Shown: positions 57,856 through 64,000 of the stretch, piece after piece | How positions within the stretch are numbered: position 1 is the first letter of the stretch | How the letters are laid out: each line of letters begins with the position of its first letter | Assembly: GCA_018830525.1 (NCBI GenBank) | Contig: JAHJSH010000029.1 | Span: forward strand, 105,697 to 169,696 | DNA: 64,000 nucleotides | DNA from: Nanobdellota archaeon | Lineage (GTDB): Archaea; Nanobdellota; Nanobdellia; Pacearchaeales; GW2011-AR1 | Direction of reading: 5' to 3' | Translations under genes and position numbers: made by a program | Notes under the pieces: generated by a model | What the model was told of the DNA's origin: nothing | What the model saw: the letters and a program-made list of their open reading frames with translations, nothing else | Databases searched by the model: none

Positions 57856-58563
57856 GTGATTTTTTCTTTGAGATTTATGAAAGTGGGAGTTTTATTCTCT
57901 GGGGGGAAGGATTCGTGTTTAGCTTTGCATAAAGTTTTGCAAGAGGGTCATGAAGTGAAATATCTTTTGAATATTTATCCTAAGAATCAAGATAGTTTTA
58001 TGTTTCATAAACAGGATTTGGGATTGTTAAATGTTCAGGCTAAGCGTCTTGGGATTAAGATAGTTTCAGTAAAAAGTGAAGGTATTGAAGGAAAAGAGTT
58101 GAAAGACTTGAGGAAGTTGATTGGAGAAATTAAAGGAAATGTTGAAGGGATTGTAGTTGGGGGGATTGCTTCATCTTATCAAGGGAAAAGGGTGAAGAAA
58201 ATTTGTGATGATTTGAATTTGAAATTTGTTGCTCCTCTTTGGGATTATGAGCCTGAGAAACTTTGGGAGGAGTTATTTGTTGAGGGCTTTGAAGTTATTA
58301 TGATTAAGATTGCGTGTGAGGGAATTGATGGGAGTTGGCTTGGTCGGGTGATTAATCGTGAGAATTTTGAAGAATTGAAAAAATTAACTAAAAAATATAA
58401 ATTTAGGTTGGATTTTGAGGGTGGCGAGGCTGAGACAACAATTTTAATGATGCCAGAGTATAGTGAGAGAATAGAGATTGATTTTGATGTTGAGAATGAG
58501 GGAGAATATAGACATTTGATGAAGAATATTAAAGTAAAAAAATTAAAATTTACGAATGGATAA
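57856..58563 (+). CDS. PP-loop ATP pyrophosphatase, diphthine-ammonia ligase (Dph6/MJ0570)-like
   Basis: KVGVLFSGGKDSCLAL PP-loop at the N-terminus; about 230 aa. Confidence 0.65.
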   Translation: MIFSLRFMKVGVLFSGGKDSCLALHKVLQEGHEVKYLLNIYPKNQDSFMFHKQDLGLLNVQAKRLGIKIVSVKSEGIEGKELKDLRKLIGEIKGNVEGIVVGGIASSYQGKRVKKICDDLNLKFVAPLWDYEPEKLWEELFVEGFEVIMIKIACEGIDGSWLGRVINRENFEELKKLTKKYKFRLDFEGGEAETTILMMPEYSERIEIDFDVENEGEYRHLMKNIKVKKLKFTNG

Positions 58564-59362
58564 AAAATTAATTGAAGAGATAAAAAAGAAACGAGAATTT
58601 TCTGGTTTGCCGGATTCGATTGTTGAGCGAGCTGCGGAAATGGCAAAAGGTGCCCCAAATGGGCATGACTCTGGTGAGCCCGATGTGAAAAAATCTAGAG
58701 CTTTACTTCGGAAATATTTTGGAGTTTTTTTAACTAATAAAGTTTTGAAAGGAAAAGGTTCTGCTGAGGAAATGTTGAAATCTCATATGTCTTCTAAGAA
58801 AAGGGATTATGAAGAGTTTTATGGGGAGATTTTTAAGGGGATGGGAAATGTGGGCTCGGTAATTGATTTGGGGGCTGGAGCGAATGGATTTTCTTATGAT
58901 TATTTGAAAAAGGAACTTGGTGCAGTGAACTATTTGGCGGTTGAAGCCTCTGGGCAGTTAGTAGATAATATGAATGATTATTTTCAGGAGAATAAATTTT
59001 CTGCTAAGGCTGTTGTCGGGGATTTATTTGATCTGGAGAGGATTAAGGGTCTTTTGGAATCTCAGAAGAAGCCTCGGGTCGTGTTTATGTTTCAGGTTGT
59101 TGATGCCTTGGAGAATTTGGAGAAAGATTTTTTTAAGAAATTTTTTTTGAGGGTATCGAAGGAATGTGAAAAGATTGTTTTGAGCTTGCCTACAGAAAGT
59201 TTGGGCGGTAGAAAGAAGTTTGCAGTTCAGAGAAAATGGATTATTGATTTTTTGTCCTCAAAGGATGACCCTGGTGGCCCGTGCGAGAATTTTATGATTG
59301 AAAAAGATTTTAAGACGAATGGTGAAAGGGTATTAGTTATTGGGAAGAAGCCAAATAATTAA
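58556..59362 (+). CDS. Putative SAM-dependent methyltransferase
   Basis: Motif I VIDLGAGANGF; substrate unknown. Confidence 0.4.
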   Translation: MDKKLIEEIKKKREFSGLPDSIVERAAEMAKGAPNGHDSGEPDVKKSRALLRKYFGVFLTNKVLKGKGSAEEMLKSHMSSKKRDYEEFYGEIFKGMGNVGSVIDLGAGANGFSYDYLKKELGAVNYLAVEASGQLVDNMNDYFQENKFSAKAVVGDLFDLERIKGLLESQKKPRVVFMFQVVDALENLEKDFFKKFFLRVSKECEKIVLSLPTESLGGRKKFAVQRKWIIDFLSSKDDPGGPCENFMIEKDFKTNGERVLVIGKKPNN

Positions 59363-59386
59363 ATAGGGTTGTTATTATTCTAATTT

Positions 59387-60577
59387 ATGAAATTTAAGAA
59401 AAAAGTTTTAGCTAATGGATTGACTGTTTTGCACGAGAAGCGAGACGTTCCAGTTACTACAGTTATGCTCGCAGTGAAGTATGGGGCGGCTTACGAGACT
59501 GCGGAAGAAAAGGGGATTGCGCATTTTATTGAGCATCTTTGTTTTAAGGGGACGGATAAAAGAGATGTTAAACAGATTGCAGATGAAGTTGAAAAAGTCG
59601 GGGGAGATTTGAACGCGTTTACTCATGAAGAGATTACTGCTTATCATGTTAAGTTGCCTTCAGAGCATTTGAATATTGCAATGGATGTTATTTTCGATAT
59701 TTTCTTTAATGCGAATTTTCCTGATGCAGAAGTTGAAAAAGAGGGGAATGTAATTTGTGAAGAAATTAAAATGTATAGGGATAATCCTCGGTCGCATGTT
59801 TTGGATAAGATAAAAAATAATTTGTATGAAAAACCTTTTGGTGAATTTATTGGGGGGACTAAGGAGACTGTGAAAAGTATGACTCGGGAACAATTATTTG
59901 AGAAGCATCGAGCAGTTTATATTCCAAAGAATTCTATTTTATGTGTCGTTGGAAATAATAATCTTGATGAGATTCTTAAGTTGGCTGAAAAGGTTTCAGT
60001 TGATAGGGATGGAAAAATTTCTCCAGTTCCTGAAATAAAATTACAAACTGTGAAGGATGTTGAGAAACGGGGGGATATTCATCAAGCTAATCTTGCCCTG
60101 GGGTTTCATTTTCCGATTGTTGGAGAAAAAGGGAGGTATGCTGCAGAAGTTTTTTCCACGATTCTTGGGCAAGGGATGTCCTCGAAATTATTTAGTGAGG
60201 TGAGAGAGAAACGGGGGCTTGTTTATGGTGTGAAGTCCGAGCTTGATTTAGGCAAGAATTATGGTTATATGATTATTTGGGCTGGGACTGATCCGGAAAA
60301 AGTTAGCCAGGTTATGGATATTAGTTTGAAGGAATATGCTAAGATGGGGAAGATAACAGAAAAAGAATTAAGTGAAGCGAAAGTCCAGGTTATCGGGAAT
60401 AGACGTGTTGAGTCTGAAGGTTCAAATGATACTGCGGTTAATTTGATTTTGGAAGAGGCTGTGGGAAATGCTGAGGACTATTATGAATATGAGAAGAATA
60501 TTAATTCTGTTACTCTTGAGGACATAAAAGAATTGGCAAAGATTTCTGAGTATGCGAGTTTTAGTTTAGAACCTTAA
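59387..60577 (+). CDS. M16-family (insulinase-like) zinc peptidase
   Basis: Inverted zinc motif HFIEHLCFKGT...E; about 400 aa. Confidence 0.8.
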   Translation: MKFKKKVLANGLTVLHEKRDVPVTTVMLAVKYGAAYETAEEKGIAHFIEHLCFKGTDKRDVKQIADEVEKVGGDLNAFTHEEITAYHVKLPSEHLNIAMDVIFDIFFNANFPDAEVEKEGNVICEEIKMYRDNPRSHVLDKIKNNLYEKPFGEFIGGTKETVKSMTREQLFEKHRAVYIPKNSILCVVGNNNLDEILKLAEKVSVDRDGKISPVPEIKLQTVKDVEKRGDIHQANLALGFHFPIVGEKGRYAAEVFSTILGQGMSSKLFSEVREKRGLVYGVKSELDLGKNYGYMIIWAGTDPEKVSQVMDISLKEYAKMGKITEKELSEAKVQVIGNRRVESEGSNDTAVNLILEEAVGNAEDYYEYEKNINSVTLEDIKELAKISEYASFSLEP

Positions 60578-61260
60578 TCTTTTAGTAACCCTAAGAATTT
60601 TTCCATTTTGTTTTCGTCGAGTATTTCCTTGAGGTCTTCTTTTGTTGTATTGAATACTTTTTGGAGTGTTGGGAATTTATCTAAAAGATTTTTTGCGGTG
60701 GCTGGTCCGATTCCCGGGAATCCTTCAAGAATAAACTGTTTTTGTTCTTCAGGCGTTTTGAAAGTTTTAGAGGGTCTTATGGAATCTTGGGACTTTGGTC
60801 TTTCATATCTTTTCGCGACAAGGATAAGGAAGTTGGCGGTGTCTTTTTCGTCTTCGGTGTAGATTATTGGGATTTGGTAATCTATTGCAACCGAGAGGAG
60901 CATTCCTCGAATTGCATTTTCATGAACATTGAATTTGTTGTAGTCATAACAAAACCCTTCAATAATTAGGAAATATTTGGGATATTTTTTTATTTCTCTT
61001 AATTGGTCGAATAATCTTTTGTTTAGCATTGAGCCGACGAAGTCTGAGAAAGTTTTTCTTTCAATAATCGTGTCTTGAATTAAGTAATCTCCTATTTTTA
61101 ATTTTTCAAAATCGATATTTGCTTTCTTTTCCATCAAGTTTGCTGCGATGAGGGATTGTTTTTCTCGGGTGTCTATGATTATTGGGGTTTTTGGGTTCGG
61201 GCAAATAGGTTCTTTTTCCAGTTTCTTTTTTGAGAAGATGTTTTCAATTTGTTTTTTCAT
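60574..61260 (-). CDS. hef: XPF/Hef-type ERCC4 nuclease + HhH2 domain (C-terminal part of Hef)
   Basis: IIIDTREKQS...GDY...IERKTFSDF ERCC4 motifs and a C-terminal helix-hairpin-helix. Confidence 0.75.
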   Translation of the reverse strand: MKKQIENIFSKKKLEKEPICPNPKTPIIIDTREKQSLIAANLMEKKANIDFEKLKIGDYLIQDTIIERKTFSDFVGSMLNKRLFDQLREIKKYPKYFLIIEGFCYDYNKFNVHENAIRGMLLSVAIDYQIPIIYTEDEKDTANFLILVAKRYERPKSQDSIRPSKTFKTPEEQKQFILEGFPGIGPATAKNLLDKFPTLQKVFNTTKEDLKEILDENKMEKFLGLLKD

Positions 61261-62795
61261 AGTAATGTTTGTTGTCTTTCTCCTGACTCAAAATCTTTTT
61301 TTATGTCATCAATTGCCTTATACATTCTTTTTTCTTTGTGATAGGCAGTATAGTGGTAAGCTTGGTCTCGGGTATTTTTTGTGATGAGAATCTTTAGCGA
61401 GCCTTTTGAAAGTCTTGCGGTTCGTCCTCTTCGCTGAATTGATCTTATTGCGCTTGGGATTGGTTCGTAGAAAATTACCTCATTAACTTCGGGAATGTCT
61501 AAACCCTCCTCGGCAATGGATGTTGCGACAAGAATGTTTATTTTTCCTTCTCTGAATTGTTTAATCATCTCTTTTTGCTCTCTTTGTTTCAACCCGGTTG
61601 TTTTTCCCTTGCCGTGGTCTTTCATTGCTTGTCCTACAAAATTTTCCGCTTTTATCCCCGGGAGTTTATTTAACATTTCGGAGATTGTTCTAACTGTTTC
61701 TCTGAATTGTGCGAAGATTATTATTTTTGATTTGGTGTCTTTGTTAAATTGTTCTCTGATTATTTCTTTCAGAACTTCTAATTTAGGGTGTTCTTTGTTG
61801 AGTGTTGTTGCAAGAGTGTAGGCTTTTGCGAAATGGGGGTCTTTGACAAGTTTTTGGACTCCCTTTGATTTTTTCTCGGTGGCTTGTTTGAATAAATCTT
61901 TCAAGTAAATTATGAATGATGAAAGTGTTTGGGTCTCTAAAAGTTCTAACGCATGGGAAATTTTTAGTGCGGTTGCGCATGCAGAAACTGCTAGCATACT
62001 GTTCATACTTCTCCCCCTTCTTAGTGAATTCATAAGGTTTGCTTGAGTTTTGAGGAGCATTGTTTTGCTTGGATATCCAAAGAGGACTTTTCGGTGTTTT
62101 AATTCACCCACTTTTCTGTTATAGATTTCTTCGAGTAGCATTCTGATTTCTTGAAATTCTGGGGGGAAATCTACTTCAATTTTCTCAAATTCTAGCTCTT
62201 GGAGATAGGGTTTTACATCTGCACTTTCAGTTGTTCTGATTTCTACAGCTTCTATTCCTAAGTTCTCACAGACTTTGGTTATTGTTTCTTTATCTGAACC
62301 GGGGGAGGCGGTTAGTGCGAGGACTCTTCTATTGGTTGCTTGTAATTTGTATTTTTGAGCGACCCTATTGTAAGCATAATTCTTGAGGCATCGATGACAT
62401 TCATCTACGACTAGGAGACTTACTTCGTCTAATTGGTATAATCCTTTTTCTAGATCATTTGCAATGCATTGGGGTGTAGAGAAAATAAACTCGGCAGTTT
62501 GCCATATTTTTTTCCTTTGGTCTGCGGGTGTTTTTCCGGTAAAGAGTTGCATGTCTGCCCATCCTTCTGGCAAGGATTTTTTGAAAGATTCAAAATGCTG
62601 TTCAATCAAAGGTCTTGTAGGGGCGAGTATGATAATTTTCTCAAGAGGAAATTTTTTAAATCGGTCTATTGCCATCATTAAGGCTATGAGGGTTTTCCCG
62701 GTTCCGGTTGGAAGAACAACTAAACAATCTTTTTCCTTGCAAGTTTCAAAAATCGTCTGTTGGTAGTCTCGGGGAATTGTATCCATTTCATCCAT
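61257..62795 (-). CDS. hef: Hef-type DEAH helicase (N-terminal part of Hef), overlaps the nuclease ORF by 4 nt
   Basis: Motifs PTGTGKT, VVDECHR, SAT-like LTASP and the QRRGRTAR arginine finger. Confidence 0.8.
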   Translation of the reverse strand: MDEMDTIPRDYQQTIFETCKEKDCLVVLPTGTGKTLIALMMAIDRFKKFPLEKIIILAPTRPLIEQHFESFKKSLPEGWADMQLFTGKTPADQRKKIWQTAEFIFSTPQCIANDLEKGLYQLDEVSLLVVDECHRCLKNYAYNRVAQKYKLQATNRRVLALTASPGSDKETITKVCENLGIEAVEIRTTESADVKPYLQELEFEKIEVDFPPEFQEIRMLLEEIYNRKVGELKHRKVLFGYPSKTMLLKTQANLMNSLRRGRSMNSMLAVSACATALKISHALELLETQTLSSFIIYLKDLFKQATEKKSKGVQKLVKDPHFAKAYTLATTLNKEHPKLEVLKEIIREQFNKDTKSKIIIFAQFRETVRTISEMLNKLPGIKAENFVGQAMKDHGKGKTTGLKQREQKEMIKQFREGKINILVATSIAEEGLDIPEVNEVIFYEPIPSAIRSIQRRGRTARLSKGSLKILITKNTRDQAYHYTAYHKEKRMYKAIDDIKKDFESGERQQTLL

Positions 62796-62845
62796 AGTTT
62801 ATTGAGATAAGGGAGGTTTATAAATTTTGGAGTGGTGGATTCTAT

Positions 62846-63148
62846 ATGGTGGTTGAATTTCCTTGGTGGTTTTATCCAATTCTTGTTTGGACTCTGTTTT
62901 GGAAGGGTGTCGCAATGTGGAAATCTGCGAGGAATAATCAGGCAATTTGGTTTGTTGCTTCTTTGGTGATTAATACCTTTGGGATCTTACCAATTATTTA
63001 TCTTCGGTGGTTCCAACAGGATTGGAATAAAAGGTCGGCGGAAGCCCCCATGTTTTTCTCGCAAGCTCGAAAAAAAAGATTTCTAAAAAGTTGGTTCGGA
63101 AGAGAAGGGTTAAGAAGAAATCTCCTCGATTGTTTAAATAACTGTTAA
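62846..63148 (+). CDS. Small membrane protein
   Basis: 100 aa with two hydrophobic helices. Confidence 0.3.
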   Translation: MVVEFPWWFYPILVWTLFWKGVAMWKSARNNQAIWFVASLVINTFGILPIIYLRWFQQDWNKRSAEAPMFFSQARKKRFLKSWFGREGLRRNLLDCLNNC

Positions 63149-63763
63149 TCCCCAACCAAGGATTATTAGTGTAATCGTTACCAGTGTTATCCAAAGTCCT
63201 CTGCTTGAAAAGAATATCTTTGAACCGTCCAGCCCGGATAATGGGATGAGCGACCAGGCTGCAAAGTAGATGCTGAGTCTCGCGAATAATTCGAATCCGG
63301 CAATATACCCAATTATACCGAGGAGGAGGTTTAAAATTATTCCCCATGCTGCAATCCATGCGATGTGCCATTCAGTTACTTGAGTAAATCTATAGAGTCC
63401 GTGCCTTTTTGCTACTCTTTCTGTTTTTGGTGTGACATCAAACTCTAAAACTGCTAACCACCAAAAGACTCCTCTTGTAAATAGGGATAATAGAAGTGGA
63501 ATCCAGATCATTGGAACGGGTTTTTTGAAGTGGGAATCTTTTCTAAATCCATATTGATACCATGACCAGAACTTTGTTCGGACATTTATTTCTAAAAAGT
63601 ATCCGACGGTTTTTTTGATTAAGATGTTTGCTCCAATGATTATTAAGAAACTTATTCCAGCGGTGTAGGCTATTGAGGTATCTCTAAATCCAATACTCAC
63701 TGCGAGGACTAGTGAGGCGAGAATTATGATAACGATTTCAATTAGGGATTTTTTGATATCCAT
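63134..63763 (-). CDS. Polytopic membrane protein with site-2-protease-like LDG motif but no HExxH
   Basis: LIPLSGLDGSKIF resembles the M50 motif; no zinc-binding HExxH was seen. Confidence 0.3.
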   Translation of the reverse strand: MDIKKSLIEIVIIILASLVLAVSIGFRDTSIAYTAGISFLIIIGANILIKKTVGYFLEINVRTKFWSWYQYGFRKDSHFKKPVPMIWIPLLLSLFTRGVFWWLAVLEFDVTPKTERVAKRHGLYRFTQVTEWHIAWIAAWGIILNLLLGIIGYIAGFELFARLSIYFAAWSLIPLSGLDGSKIFFSSRGLWITLVTITLIILGWGLTVI

Positions 63764-64000
63764 ATATTATTGAAGGAGATATTTTTTATAAATCTATTGG
63801 CCTAGAAAATCTCCCTGTAGGTGATCTGGTGATCTAAGGTTTTCTCTTACTCGCAATTTGCATCTAGAGATATTTATTTTAATCTAGAAGCGAATTGCTC
63901 GGCTTCATGCTTCATTTAATGTAATCGGCTTCGTCGTAGGGGGATTATTAGTATGTCTTGAATCATAGAAATGTATTTAAATGAAATGTTTTTAGTTCAA

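Overview
This is an AT-rich archaeal chromosomal segment. The archaeal assignment rests on gene content: r-proteins L21e and L18e, RNA polymerase subunits D, F and N, PolD subunits DP1 and DP2, Orc1/Cdc6, an intron-containing tRNA and two LAGLIDADG inteins. A small-genome, DPANN-like archaeon is plausible but that is only a guess.

Layout, left to right:
- 0.2-14.8 kb: a cell-surface glycan cluster. It contains GDP-mannose dehydratase, a Nudix hydrolase, GT2 and GT4 glycosyltransferases, methyltransferases, a B12-binding radical SAM enzyme, a complete GDP-D-glycero-D-manno-heptose pathway (GmhA, HddA, GmhB, HddC) and a Wzx flippase.
- 15.3-18.0 kb: SecD/SecF.
- 18.4-19.6 kb: a tRNA-Gly(intron), tRNA-Leu, tRNA-Arg and 5S rRNA locus packed with truncated tRNA-end copies and tandem repeats, followed by an rpoN gene with a non-AUG start.
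- 19.8-24.7 kb: an ABC transporter whose ATPase carries an intein in the Walker A motif.
- 26.4-31.7 kb: a ribosomal protein and RNA polymerase operon, interrupted by a tRNA-Leu that is preceded by two exact 103-bp tandem repeats.
- About 32-41.3 kb: an accessory region that looks like an integrated mobile element. It carries a tyrosine recombinase, a serine-recombinase remnant, two HNH endonucleases, a tandem zinc-ribbon protein, two paralogous coiled-coil wHTH regulators, dense iteron arrays, a (GTCT)10 microsatellite inside a coding region and a large glycoprotein. It ends at a tRNA-Ser with a duplicated 3' part, which is the usual signature of an attachment site.
- 42.3-50.7 kb: a putative replication origin followed by orc1/cdc6, polD small subunit and polD large subunit (the last with an intein).
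- 50.8-63.8 kb: housekeeping and membrane proteins, including a PurF-like protein whose first residue is Ser instead of the catalytic Cys, a membrane-anchored AlbA_2/Schlafen-like protein, a DRG GTPase, a Dph6-like protein, an M16 peptidase and a Hef helicase/nuclease split into two overlapping ORFs.

No CRISPR array was seen. All calls come from reading the sequence and remembering family motifs; no database search or folding was run.
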